Positions 1 through 13,018 of a DNA stretch of 64,000 nucleotides are shown here, one piece after another (the first letter of the stretch is position 1; the number at the start of each line of letters is the position of its first letter). Source of the stretch: Hyaloraphidium curvatum SAG 235-1 (Eukaryota; Fungi; Monoblepharomycota); the NCBI GenBank assembly GCA_025558095.1, contig JAIVFI010000021.1, positions 558,001 through 622,000 on the forward strand, given 5' to 3'. A program made the position numbers and the translations under genes. The notes beneath the pieces were generated by a model. The model worked only from the letters and a program-made list of their open reading frames with translations. It did no database searches and was not told where the DNA came from.

Positions 1-2476
1 CGCGCCCGCCTCTCGAACCCAGCAAACATCGAAAGCACTGCCGTCAGCGACAAGGAGGCCGACGAAGCACCAATCACGATGGACTTGGAACGCGGTCCAG
101 TCGAAGAAGACGTCGTCGGACCCCGGGCCAAGGAGCTCTTCTGCTGCGTGCATTACGGACTGATCGGAGACGGGCGCGGGCACGGGCAAATCGTCCTGCG
201 GCGCGGCCAGGCTTTTATTGCATCTGACAGCCTTGTTGAGTCCTTTGCGCTCCGCGCGATGCACTTTGTGCAGCCAAGCCTCCAAACCGTGCCAGAAACC
301 TATGCCGACAACGTGATTTGCGACGACTGCATTTCAGTCAATCGTGCAGCGCAAGTTCCGGCCCAGAGCAATGAAGAGCACGATTCGTCTGCGATTCAGG
401 CCGTTCTCGACTCGACGGTGCAGGATGTACGCATGTACGAGACGGATCCGGGCGCTACCCACGACGGACACGTCTCTCAAGCCGAAGCGGTGACATTCAG
501 CGAGGAACCCATTGCAGAGGACAGCGCCGAGCAAGACCTTGGTGATGCTGTCGGAGAAGGCACGGTCGAGATCGGCGACGATGCTCCCACCTCCAGCGCT
601 GAGAAAGAAAGCCCCTTGGAAATGAACGGCTTTGATGCTGACTTGGTTCTTGCCGCCGATGAGAACTGCACCACAGACGGCTGTTCGTCGCTCGACAATG
701 CGGAGATCAATATGCAAACACAGGAGCCTTCGGAGTTCTCTGCGGTCGACGTGTCGTCGGAACCATGCTTGCCCGTCCAGAGCGCTTCACGGCAAGCCGA
801 AGAAGCGATGCCCGAAGACCAGACGGTCTCTGCGATTGTTTCTGAGTTCCCTGAGGCTGCCGAGATGCCCGAGCGCCCGCTGGAGCCGGTGGCCTCGATT
901 GCGCGAGATGAAGCCGTCGCTGACAGCGGATCGCCGGAAATCGAATCTGCCTCGGCAGAGGAGCACCGGCGACAGGCATCACCAGCTCCAGAAGGGAGAC
1001 CTCTCAGTACGACCGAGTTCGGACAGCCAGAGTACCAGGACGAGCACGAAAGCATGGCCAAAGCCGACCTGCCTCACGAGGACGCCGACCTGGCTCACGA
1101 GGAAGCCGGGTCCGTGGTGGCGCCTGATGCCCATCTCCTGGAGCTTGCATTTGAGCGCAATCTGACGGAGCTGGCCCATGGGCCCCTGGTGGCATCGCTT
1201 GGCGCCGAGCCTGAGGCTTCTGAAACTGGCGAAGTCGAGATCGAGAGCGGCCCGAATGAACCGTTGCAAGCGGATGGCCACATGACAGTTTTGGTCGCGG
1301 AAGGAATGGAGGGCACTCAAGCCCACGATGACAACGAGGCGGTCGAAGGTCGTGGTGATGCAAGCGCCGACAGCCAGTATTCCGGCAGCCATGAGATGGC
1401 AGATTCGCAGGGTGAGCCCGATTTGCTGCGACCCCGCCGGTTTTCCATGACACGAAGTACAACTCTCGGCAGACGAAGCTGCCTGGACCTCGCAGCCGTC
1501 GAGCCAGACGCAGAGCTCCAGCCAGTCCTCCCAGCCTTTCCCCGGAGACCTCGACCCCCACTCTTTCGTACTTCCCAACTTCTTCTCCCCTTCGCACGCG
1601 GGGAACGATCGTGCGACCTCGCTCCACGTCACCAAACCCGAGCCCCGCGTCCCGATCAAGCCCTCGACTGAGCGCCTCCGGGAGGCACTCCGGGGCAAGC
1701 GCTTCCAAGGCGAAGGCGTCGCTGGCTACGAAGCCGAAGATGCCGCGACAAGCTTGGGCGTCGGAGGTGTTCGCCGCAAGGATACGGGCAAGGCTGCCAG
1801 GAAGCGCGGTGCCAAGACAGCCCCCGCAACTCCGTGGAGGGGCCTCGCCGAGGACGACGAAGAGCCCACGCGGGCGCTGACTCCCGGCCCGGCCATGAGG
1901 AAGCTCCCGGGAGGCATGCGAGGCGCCATGACGCCGCAGGCTGATGCCGCAGGCCACAAGCGCGCCCGGCGGGACAGTCGTCTGAACGGAGAGGAGGTCG
2001 AGATCGAGGTGCCTGCTGCTGGATCGGGCCCCGACAAACACGCCAAGGCGCTGGATGACACGGATGTCGCCGCCGTTTCTCCTACGAAGCCTGCTGAGCA
2101 GAACGAGCCCGGCGCCGAGGAGCAGGCCCTTGCGCCGCCAGTGCCGCAGATCGCGGCTGCTTCTCCAAAGCGGCGCACGGCGCCCCCCACGCCTGCTCCA
2201 GCATCTCCCAAGCCCGTGCGCAGCTCCCCACGCAGCAAGCCCGCCACGCCGAGGACCGACGGCAAGTCGTTCGGTGAGGGCAAGGAGAACGCAGGCGACG
2301 CCCCGGTGGTCCCCAAGCCGGCTGCGAAGCGGGCACCGGGGACGCCGGCGGCTGCCGCGACCCCGGGCAAGCTCAGGCACGCGTTCGCTGCCAAGATCAT
2401 GAGCCCGCTGCGGAGCTCGATCGAGTCTGGCCCGGTTCCGAGGTTCGAGGAGGACGAGGATGCGGAAACCTTCTGA
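1..2476 (+). CDS. 5'-partial acidic, low-complexity (disordered) protein of unknown function
   Basis: ORFs 79..1671 and 1754..2476 are joined in frame by intron 1412-1472 (GTGAGC...CAG). Glu/Asp-rich N-part, Pro/Lys-rich C-part, TGA at 2474-2476. No recognisable domain. Confidence 0.6.
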
Positions 2477-2730
2477 GCGGCGATGCCGTAGCCACCCGAA
2501 AGCAGTCGTTGAACCGTGTATCTTGTGTATCCATAGCTATCGAGTGCGTGCAGCGATCTGCCAGTCCCGCCTTCTTCACAGGAGGGTGGTGATCCCTCAC
2601 GACGGCAACGCCTGGCTGATCGCCCTCCAGTCACTTCGATGAACGCTGCCCGGGCTCGCAGGCAGCCCCGGATCCGCGACCGCGCCGCGTGCGCCAGCGT
2701 CTTCCCAGCGCGGCGCGCCCCGTGAGATCG

Positions 2731-5700
2731 ATGGCGGCGTCGCGCGCGCCGGGCGCGCCGACGGGGACGGCACCGCCCGCGCCGGCGCGCCCCACGCCCG
2801 CCGCGCATCCGCCGCCCGCGGTGGGCGATCCGCCTTCTGAGACGGCGGCGGCGCCTTCCCCGTCCCCTTCGGCCCCCGCCGCGCCGTCGTCGCGCGCGCC
2901 CGCGCCGCCGCCCGCCGCGACCGACGCCGCCCCGCCCGCGCCCGCGCCGGAGCCCCCCCCGCCGCCGCCGCCGCCCCCGCCCCCGACAAGCTCCGCCGCT
3001 GAGGTCACCGTGGGCCCGTCTTCGGCGCCCGCCGCCCCCTCGCCGGATCCGGCAACGCAGGGCCCGCATGAACCGGCCCCCTCCCCGGCGGCCCCGCCGG
3101 AGCCTGCCCCGCCGCCCACGTCGGACCCTCCCCCCACTCCGACCCCCACGATGCCCGACGTCGAAGCCGTCTCGCGGACCCAGGGGGGCGTGGTCGCAAG
3201 CAGCGGTGCGGGAGTGGAGACCACGCCGCCACCGCCGCCCTCCACCACCCCCGATGCTCCGACGGAGGCCCCGGTGAGCACCCCGGATGCGCCGGCCGCG
3301 ACCACCGCGGCGCCGCCTGCGACCACCGATGCGCCGGCCGCGACCACCGATGTCCCGTTCGCCACCACCGATGCGTCGCCCACGAGCACGGATTCTCCCG
3401 CATCCACCGTCGCGCCTAGCCCAACCACGGATGCGCCTGTTCCTTCCCCCGGTCCGGAGCCGGGTTCTACGACAGCCGCCGCCGAGCCCTCTTTGTTGCC
3501 GACGCCGACCATGGGGGACGGGGATGTGGTCACGAGGACGCAAGGAGGCGTGGCGGAGAGCACCCAACCTCGGCCATCGTCGACGACGTCGGACACGTCA
3601 TCGGCTCAGATCCCGCAGACGTCCGAAGCTGCGCAAGGCACTCCCTCGGAGCCCGCATCAACGCCTTCCCCGACCGTCACCGGGTCTGCAACCAGCTCGG
3701 AGCCTGCTGTTACCCTTGTTCCGACGCCTACCATGGATGAGGGCCAACCGATCACCAGGACCCAAGGCGGTGTGGTGGAGAGCAGCACGCGGACTTTCAC
3801 GGCCGGGGCGCCGAGCACAGCGACACAGGTTGCAGAGACCTCGGCTGCTCCTGCGAGCACTTTTGAACCGGGCCCCGCGACAACGTTGGTGATAACCGGA
3901 TCGGAGGCCGCTCCAACCATCGTTCCGACACCAACAATGGATGAGGGCGAGACCTTCACGAGAACGCGGGGGGGCGTCGCGGAGAGCAGCCTTGCGGCCG
4001 CATCCAGCACGAGTCGCGGAATCGAGACCACCGATGCAAGGCCTTCGCCTCCGTCGCCATCACCCTCGATTCCGGTGGATCCGGGCGGACCAGTCACGCG
4101 CACCGACGGATTCGTTTCGAGCCGATCCCTGGTATCGGCCGTCCCTTATTCCGCAACATCAATCCTCCCCTTGCCGTCGGTCACTGCGCCGCCCGTGCCT
4201 CTGTCTGCATCCACCGGCCTTCCATTGACCACTGGCACCGTCGATGGTGTCATTGACGAGCCCGTTGTGACGCGCCCGCGTGGGACTGCTTTGGACGTTC
4301 CTACGCCTGCCGCCAGCATTGCTTCACGGCTACCAGAGAGTTCTTCCGTCGCGGCAGCAGTAACCCCATCTCCATCCTCTCCCTTCACGAGGACGGTTGC
4401 TGAAGTAGCGGGCTCTGGAGGAAGCGGCACGTCGCCGGCAACTACGTCGGACCGTTCACCACTGTAAGTGTCCCGCGTCGGCTCCTTCTCGGAGGATTCC
4501 CTAACGTTACCGCCATTCAGGCTGGCACCGACGGCGGCTCCATCGCCGCCTTCTCGTCTAGACGAGCTCCTGGCGAGCAAAGTATCCGAGCTCCTTGTAC
4601 AGGCCACCGAAGCACCTGAAGGTGGTGGTCAGTCTCAAGGCGGTTCGGCTGCGGACGACGTAGTGCCAGGCGTTGGTCAATCGGCGGATAAAGGGTGAGT
4701 TTCTGGTCACCTTTCGGCGAACATGCGGCTCACGCATGCGAATGCAGCTCCACCTTTCCATCGACCACGCGAGCCAACTTCGTCATTGTGGCACCCACGG
4801 TGCTGCCGGACTTTGGCCCTCAAGGCCCCGATTTCGGCCCCAGTTCGCCGGCCCAGGATCCAGCAGCAGGGGGCGAAGGAACCGCCACCGGTGGTGATCC
4901 CGTAGCCGGCGGTCCGTCGCGGCCATCGCGCGTGCGCGTCCCCGGACAGACGTTTGATTCCTCGGACCCGTTCGCGTTCGCCGCACTTGGACGCGCCGAT
5001 CCGCGGGCCAACCTCACCATGGCAATAGTTGTTGCAACCGTCGGTGTGACGCTCCTGACGGTTGCCGTCGTGCTTGGGGTGCTGCTGTGGAGGAAGCGGC
5101 TGACAAAGCGGGACGGCAGGAAGGCAATGATGAACGAAAGCATAGGGAGGCTTAACCGGTCCAGGAGTATGGCCGAATCGGCGGCCCGCGGTGCAGGCGC
5201 TCAGATCCCGCCCGACATGGTTCAAGTGGACTTGAACGAAGAGTCGATCGCCGATGATGCTCAGACCATATCGACCGAGCTTTCGGACTATGCACCGCGG
5301 ACGGTCTTGGGCGAGCTTTCTAGCCCGCATGCCGACGGCGTGGACCGGGGGCCCATCCTGCCTGCGAATGGAAAGGCGCCGCGCAAAGCATTGCCCCCGC
5401 CCATCCAAACACGTGGGCCTGGGATCGTGCAGCGGACGGACAGCTTTGCTCCATCGATTGCAGCTGGCTCGGGCGATATTTCTCCGTCCATCGCAGCGGG
5501 TCAACGGTCAAGCCCAGCTCATTCGCCGACGTCGCCGACAAGCATGGGCAAGTCGCCCGTCTCTGCTTTCGCGAGGAGCAAACAGCATGCAGCGGCAAAG
5601 GTTGTGACTTTCTTGGACTCTGCTCCCACGCGCGGTTGGGTCGCACCTGGCGTGTCGACTGCCGCCCTGGAGACATCGCCTCCCCGGCCCGCTCTACTCT

Positions 5701-6272
5701 CGCGTGCTTTCTCGGCAGCCTCGGCGTACCGTGGTTCCAACGAGACCAGTCGTCTGGCGGATGCGTCCGCGGCAAGGTCGGCTTCGATGAGAGTGACTTG
5801 GCGGCAACAGTCGCTCTTAGTGAAGTCTTCGGGCGCGTCAGTCGTTTCCGAAGCATCTGTGACGGAGGACTCCAACTCCGTGCTCTCCGGCCCCAGCGCG
5901 CTCAGCGTTCGAGACGTTCAGCTGGGCCATAGTGGCAGGCCCCTCGTGTCTCTACCGTCGGGAATTGAACGGGGCAGGCTGGCCGTGGTCTCGGAGGAGG
6001 AAGGAGACCATGATCTGGCGGTAGACGAGGTTCCGGACTCGATCGACTACGGAGAAGTGTTCGGGTTCGCCCGAATGGCCTCGCCAATTGGCGAGTCTCC
6101 CCTCTGCGTCGAGCCGGGTGATGCGGATTCGGACAAAGCCCCTGTTGGCACGGCACAGTCGTCGCCGACGCTCGAAGCCGATAAAGGCGGCGTATTGCAT
6201 GGCTCGGACGGGGCGAGTTGGAGTTCGGAGACGCTGCAAAAGGCAGACCGCTCCTCCACATCCTCAATCTGA
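2731..6272 (+). CDS. Single-pass Pro/Thr/Ser-rich signalling-mucin-like membrane protein
   Basis: ORFs 2689..4467, 4468..4698 and 4695..6272 are joined in frame by introns 4464-4520 (GTAAGT, CTAAC branch, CAG) and 4695-4747. TM helix LTMAIVVATVGVTLLTVAVVLGVLLW followed by RKRLTKR, then a Ser-rich cytoplasmic tail. Start uncertain; no signal peptide visible. Confidence 0.75.
3139..3990 (+). repeat. Dispersed coding repeat PTPTM-x(6)-[T/S]RT[Q/R]GGV[A/V][E/A]S (4 copies) plus short 21-bp ATTDAP-type tandem repeats
   Basis: Copies start at 3139, 3499, 3721 and 3925. Tandem APAATT/TTDAP units at about 3289-3380. Confidence 0.8.
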
Positions 6273-9200
6273 AGTTGACTTTCTTGTGTTCACTGAGTCT
6301 CTTTTCCAAATCAAATCGGGTATCGCAAACACGCTCGTCGTCCTTCGTGTCCCGACGCATCCACCTCGCTGCTGGCCCGGGCGCAAAAACCCCACCGTAG
6401 CCGCCCTAAAGTACTCGGCTATTGCGCGCCCAAAGCAGCTGCCTCGCGGCAGCCAGAATCCCAGCCCGCATCTGAAAAACGATAAGCAACTGCCAGACAG
6501 ATGACAGGCCATCTCACATGTAGCACGCTTCAATGCAGCGAGCTTCTCTCGGTGAAACGGCCCCGGTTGCGTCCTTCCATCCGATGCTAATCGAACATGC
6601 CCCTGACAAACGTAAGGTGCTATAATAGGGAACACGTCCGCAAACTTGACAACTGCGGAAGGGTTCCCCTCGTAGTGAGGGACGAAGGTAACAAGAGCAG
6701 GTTCATAATGATAGAGGAAGGCTGCCTTTAGAAACAGTGAGCTGGCACAATTAGGTTCGAGCTGATCCAACCACACATACAACTTGGCCCAGCATTAGCT
6801 GGATCGGGAGAATGACCAGACGGTGACCCACTTAGTACTGTCATGAAAAAGGCACTGCCAAGTTTATGCTGGATGCTGATGACGAGATCCACAAAGGATT
6901 TGCCGTGTGTCTTCTCGAGAAAGGACCGGAACAGGTTGTATGACTGCACTGGAAACACTGCGATGTTCGAGGTTAAATGGTGGGTGCAGATCATATGTCA
7001 GGCACCGGTTTGTAGCGCACCTGGCGCAATGATTGACCTTTGTTGGTTTGCCGGTTAGAGCTGGTCATGCGGACAACAGCCACGGACTCCCACGAAGAGA
7101 AGTCCAGTGTCACGTTCTGCTTGATCAATGCCGACAAAATGTCTTGCTGCGTTCGCAACTGGCCCCCTGTAGAGCCATACGGGGCATACATTGCAATAGG
7201 CTTGCGTCGGAAAAAGACATCTCTGGTTAGCAACCTGCGTGTGATGACGCTATCGAAATCAAGGTGCAACACGTGCAATGTATCGTTCGGACAATACTCG
7301 TCCAATCGAAGCTGACAGAGGATCAACAACATGGTCGCGCGAATCGATCTGTGCCTACCGCGATTAGGCTGCAGAGGTGGCAGATGCGCGGTCAGCCAGA
7401 CCCAATCACTCATTGCGGCCATGCAAACCTTTGGTTGGTTTTACCGTCGCCCGACGTGTCTGAGTCGGCCACGAGACGTATTCGCTGATTGTCCGCTCCG
7501 GGAAACATCTTCAGCGCATCTTCGAAAGCGCCTCGTGGAACAATGACCACGAGGGCGTGAAACTCGGGGCTGTGTCGCAGAGCGGAATTCACAGCAAGTG
7601 CTGCGTAGCTGTCGAATATGACATCAATCTGGGTCACGGGCTCCCCGGCCAACACGACCAACTCCAAGAACCCAGCGGGAACATAGAGAACAATACAGAT
7701 CTTGTGCTCCCTTCGGACCCCTCCCGCTTTTTCTGCATCGGATACCTCGCGGAGGCTGACCTGGCCCGCGACATCGAACTTGGTCCTGTGCGCTTCCGCC
7801 CCAGCTGCAATGGACGACACTTTGGAGTGATTCTCAAACCGTGGCGAGAAACGCGTACCGGAATCTCGTTTTCCGTGCATGAAGACTGTCCTCGGATTCC
7901 TCATAGCTGCAGAGGCAGACATCTCCGAGAAATATCCTGCGCAGATTCGTGTGAGCTATGTTCCGGGATTCGTTGGCCAGGAAGTCTCACCGAAGTGCTG
8001 AATGAAGTCGGTCTGCACGAACCTAGCATCGAGGCTAAGGAACAATCAATGTCGCTGCCACACTACCCTCTCACTTGCGAGCAGCATATTGCCTGCCAAG
8101 GGCTTTAGGTTGCTGGAAGGCTGCCGGGACAAGCCACATACCGTAGAACCCAACCATAAGGATTTGAATTCAGGGCTCGACTAACGCCATGGCCTTCAGC
8201 GACAACACGCAACAAATGAACGGTCCACTTTGGCCTACCTTATCGATATATCAAACGGCTTCCAATAGTCACTGGGCGGTTCGTGTTCCTACGACATGCA
8301 TTAACAAAGCTGCAACGAGTCCAAAACGAGCTCAACCTTTGTGATCCGAAGAAAGTCCTCAAACTCAGGGTCATTCAAGCGATAAATTGCGTTCCCATTC
8401 AGGTGATCCACCCTGCTGCGCGTTAGACGCGAGCAAAACCGGACCCCTGCGGGACGCACCAGTTCCAGTTGCGCGGCCTGATGACATCCCGATCGAGCCC
8501 GCGGCCCCGATACATGCTGCCCTTCATCCAGTAATCGGGACTTTCCAGCGAATGCGCCGAGGGCAGCGTTGCCTCGATATATAGGGAATCGGCCCAAAAG
8601 GGACGTATCGGACCTAGGGTAAAATGAGAGTGTGCGCAATGGAAACCGGCAAGCAGCTACTCACGTACATCCGGCTCGGCCCAAAACATGTACCGGTAGT
8701 TGCTGCGGAATGCGTAGAGATCCGACGATTCCATTAGCTTGAAGAACATGTTGGAAGGTCTGCGCGAGAGCAGGTTATCGGACCGGGCCTAGCAAATCTT
8801 CTTGGACACGTACCCGGCCGGATATCCATCCTCCACGTCTGAGATCGAGCACGTCAGGCACGGTGTTGTCAGGAGCCCAAGAGAGGATGAAAGCTCACCG
8901 CTCAGGTTCGCAAACAGCGTCCCTCTCTCCGAGAAACAGCGCCGAACCTTGCGGAACGTGGCAGAACGCTCCAGCTTCTGATGCAACAGGTCCACCTTTG
9001 CGTCGTGCAACCGGCTGTAGTAGAAGAAAATGTCCATGGCCCCCAAGAACTTTCCCGAGCAGGGTTCTCCCGCTGCTTCATACGCGTTGAACACCTTTCC
9101 GATCTGCAGAGCATGTGAGCGACGGTGGAGCTCCCAGGGGGGCAATGCACCTTGTCTATGTCGTTGCCGGAAACTGGGAACACCATGGCGAGCCTGTCGC

Positions 9201-9508
9201 CGCGAGCAAGGGACTCTTCTGCGGGCGCGAAACGCCGGCAGGCTGACCAGTCGCGGACCAAGAGAAAGATCATTCCGGCAATAGCAGAGAGAAACAGTCG
9301 GCGGAACAGGGCCCCTTGCGAATGCGAATGTCTCCGCAACCACTGCGCGAGTTCGTTCATCGCTCTCCGTCCCCGCGATCGTCGTGTGGATATCAAATTT
9401 TAGCACTTTCAACGAATAGAGTTCAAAATCCAGCTCCTTCATGGCGTCGTTGGCCCGCGCGAGGAGGCATCCGGCGCGCGTCCCCCGCCGCCGCGGCGGC
9501 TGTTTCAT
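6264..9508 (-). CDS. Intron-rich two-domain glycosyltransferase-like protein (uncharacterised GT-A-like domain plus a second DxD GT-A-like domain)
   Basis: Spliced exons read GPSNMFFKL..YRYMFWAEPDV, HLNGNAIY, YWKPFDISI, KFVQTDFIQHFG, NPRTVFMHGK, then KICIVL..AVNSALRH..LVVIVP, LRLDEYCP..HVLHLDFDSVITR, FRSFLEKTHGKSF. Many GT-AG introns. The 3' end is uncertain (6264 to about 6500). Confidence 0.55.
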
Positions 9509-9549
9509 GGCCTCTCGATATAAACAGTTGTCGTAGCCCTACGCCTACG

Positions 9550-10217
9550 ATGGCCAAGGAAGGGAAGGACAAATCGTCCAAGAAAAAGGACAAGGACGAT
9601 GCGAACAAAGCGTCTGCGGCGGAGGATGCCATGGAGGCCGACTCGCCGAAGCCGCGGGAGTCTTTGTCCGGCGACCCGAACGACGCCAGGGGACCTTCAT
9701 ACGAATCGCGTCTGAAGGCGCTGAGCCCCATCGCTCAACCGCTTGCTTCGAAGAAGCTCACAAAGAGGCTGCTGAAGGTGGTGAAGAAAGGTTCGTGCGG
9801 CGGAAGTCGGACCAAGTTGGACATTGCCGACCGAGCGCCCCGTTCCAGCGGCCAAGAGCAAGAACGTTCGGCGCGGGGTGAAGGAGGTTGTGAAAGGCTT
9901 GCGAAAGGGGGCGAAAGGGTGGGCTTTGCCGGCGCCGCTGCTCTGCCGTGGACCTCAAGCGTGCCCCCTTTCCCAGCATCGTGGTGATTGCCGGCGACAT
10001 CTCCCCGATCGACGTCATCACGCACGTCCCAATCCTGTGCGAGGAAGCGGACGTGCCGTACTGCTACGTCCCGTCGAAGGAGGACTTGGGACAGGCGGGG
10101 TCGACCAAGCGGCCCACGAGCTGCATCATGGTCGTGCCCGCCAAGGGCGAAGCGGACGAGGGCTACCTGGAGTGCATCGCGGAAGTGAAGGCGATAGGCG
10201 AAGCGACCTATGGGTGA
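9550..10217 (+). CDS. NHP2: H/ACA ribonucleoprotein subunit 2 (L7Ae family)
   Basis: SPIAQPLASKKLTKRLLKVVKK / RRGVKEVVKGLRKG / VVIAGDISPIDVITHVPILCEEADVPYCYVPSKEDLG..STKRPTSC. Introns 9791-9848 and 9919-9976. Confidence 0.95.
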
Positions 10218-10293
10218 TCGATATATCCTGCGATGGTATGGACCACAGACGGGAGGGGTATCGTCGCGACCGTGTCCGCGCCGGGATGAGGCG

Positions 10294-13018
10294 TCATGCC
10301 GGCTCCTCTTCGGCAGTCCCGATGCGGATGTCCACCTCGACGCGGTGGCAGCCGCCTGGCTCCGCAGCTTCGACCTGGCATTCGACGGCGAGCCCGACGG
10401 CGAGCAGGACGGGCACGTCCAGGGAGCGTCGGGTGCCGTCGGCCTGCAGCGCAACGTCCGCAGCCACGGCTCCGCCGACAAGGATCCGAAGGGCGGTCCG
10501 GCTCGGGCAAGCCGGATCCTTGCGGAACTCGGCGCGCATTGTAGCATTCCCGACCTCGTCGCTCGTCCACCGTCGCACGACGAGCACCGAGGAGTCCCCT
10601 GTCCGCGCGCCGACTTGGGAGCCGCGATCGAGCACCCGCACCGAGGCCTGGCCGGCAAGGGGGCCGCAAAAGCCCGCATCGGGCCCTGTGCCGTAGCAGG
10701 CTGCGCAGAAGGGCGTAAAGTCGCCGGACCGGCCTCGGCGGTAGCCATAGTCCCACTGGTGGAGGCCCTGGACCGCCGAAAACTGGGCCCGGCTGTCGGC
10801 AAACAGGTCACGGAATCCCAAAGATCGATCGTCCCCTTCCAGCCTGGCGACGACGGCGGGCAGGCCTGCGCCCCGCTCCAGACCCATGTACGGCGACAGG
10901 GCGCGCAGCGTTCCCCGCAGATTCTCCCTGCGGTCCATGGCGTGCATCATGGATTCCCTCAGCTCGCGCTTCCAGAACAGCGGCTCGGGCACCACTTCGA
11001 GGCGGTAGCCCGCGAGGACGAGCGAGCCGAGGAACTGCCAGTCCTCGAACGGCAGGCGGTCCGCGCTGAAACCGCCGAGCGCGTCAAAGACGTCGGCGCG
11101 CACGAAAAAGTTGGCGTCGCCGAAGCGGTTGGTGAAGGCGCCGATGCCGGCGGCGCCGCCGACAGGGAGCCACCGGAACGGTTTGGGTCCCGTCCGAACT
11201 TCGTCGTCGGTAGGGGGCTTGTCCGAGTAGAACGAGGACACGAGCGACGAGCAGGCGTGGGCACCGGTCCGGTACATGGTGCTCCAAAAGGCGCTGATCT
11301 CGTGCGGCAGGGCTGGTGGAAATGGTGGGACGGTCAGACCGGGTGCCAAGACGGGTGCGCAAGGCAAGTGGACACCGACCCAAATTGTCGTCATCCATGA
11401 ACATGAGCAGGCGCCCCCTGGCGAGCCTGCGGCCCTCGTTCCTCGCCTCGCCCAGGTAGCGGTTGGCCGGCAGCCTGAGCACCCTCCAGCCGCGCCTGCG
11501 GGCCATGAGGGCCTCGGCGCGGGCGATCTCGGCGAGGGCGTCCGGCGAGTCGGAGGCGTCGTCGACGAGGATGAGCTCGACGTTGGGGTAGTCCTGCGCC
11601 AGCAGGCTCCGGACTGCGTCGGTCAGGTACCTGTCGCGGTTGTGCGTTGTCATGATGACCGAGACCAGGGGCAGGAAGGTGGGTGGCGCGACGGCCCGCG
11701 CGGCGGCGTCGGGGAGCCGCGAGTGCCAGTCTACCCAGGCGTCCGCGGGGTCGGCTGGAGCGGGCGCATTGGACCGCGGCGGAGGAGGTTCCGCTGCGCC
11801 CGAAAGGCAGCGCTCCAGCACGGCCGCGAGATCGTCCTTGGGTTCAAAGGTCCGCGCGCCCGCGCCGGCCGGGTCCATTGCGGCGAGGGCCTCGCGCAGG
11901 CCGTCACGGCCGCAGGCGGCGAGGCGTGCCCCGGCTGCGGCGGCGTCGAGCGCCCAGGTCGTGCCCGGCGCGACGTCGCACGGCACCACCAGCACGCGGG
12001 CGGTGTCTGCGGCGGCGTAGGCTGCCGGGTCCGCGGCGGGGTCGTGCAGCAGCGTGACGCCGGGCAGGGCGGCGGCGCGGCGGACCAGGCCCGGGTAGCT
12101 GCGCGCGGGCGCGGCCAGGAACAGCGTCGCGGGTGCCGCGCGGCCGCGGGCGGCGAGGGCGTGCAGGGCGGCGAGCACGGCGCGCAGCGTGCGGACGGCA
12201 GCGGGCGGCGGGAACACGAGTTCCGGGCGGTGGGCGGTGCCGGGCGGAGTGGCGGGGTGCGTTAGTCGCGGGCCGGCCAGCGGCGGGGCGACCAGCACGG
12301 AGCCGCCCGCGGTCCACCGCGGGCGGGCCAGCGCGGCGGCGTCGGGCAGCGCGACGGCGTGTGCGGCGCGCACTGCGGCGGCCTCGAGGAACGCGGCCTC
12401 GACGGCGGCTTTGGAGCGCGGCGGCGCGCGCGCGGCGGCCCGCGCCCACGCGGCGGGCGGCGCGGCGGCGTGCACGACGACGGGCAGCGGCGGCGCGCCG
12501 CGCGTGGCGAAGAAGGCGGCGCCGGCGGCGGCGGGGAAGTGCGCGGCGTCGAAGGCGCCGTGCCCGCGCGCCCCGTCGCCCGCCAGGAACAGGTGCGCGC
12601 CGTACGCCGCGCGCGTCGCCGCCGGCGCGTCGGTCGGGAACCCCATCGGCGCCGCGTGCGGCACGGCGCCCGACGCGTTGCCGCAGCCGACCGCCGCCAC
12701 CGCGTGGCCGCCGGCCGTCAGCGCCGCCGCGAGCCGCACGAGCGGGGCGAACACCGCGCCGCCCTCGGCCCCCTCGGCCCCCTCCCCCGCCTCCCCGCCC
12801 CCGCCGCAGAACACCGCCACGCGCCGCCGCCGGAACCGCGTCCGCGCTCCGCCGCCTCCCAGGGCCCGCGCCGCAGACGCGCTCGCGGGCCCGCCGTCCC
12901 GCAAACCCCAGCCGTCCCGGCGCAGGGCTCCCGCGAGCGCCGCCGCAACCGCGCACAGCGCAGCAAACAGCGCAAGCGGCGGCGGCGTGCGCAGCCGAGG
13001 CACGCGCAGGGCGGGCAT
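10294..13018 (-). CDS. Type II membrane glycosyltransferase: degenerate GT4-like N-part, GT2 domain and C-terminal beta-rich module
   Basis: PLVSVIMTTHNRDRYLTDAVRSLLAQDYPNVELILVDDAS..ARNEG..LMFMDDDN, then intron 11313-11379, then LPHEI..NRFGDANFFV..LGGF..FEDWQFL..VVPEPLFWKR. N-terminal TM segment LALFAALCAVAAALAGAL. Confidence 0.85.

Noticed and set aside
1004-3596. Long minus-strand ORFs (1004..2380, 1726..3567, 2631..3596)
   Set aside because: Shadow ORFs of GC-rich plus-strand genes: Arg/Gly-rich, with no motifs and no splice support.
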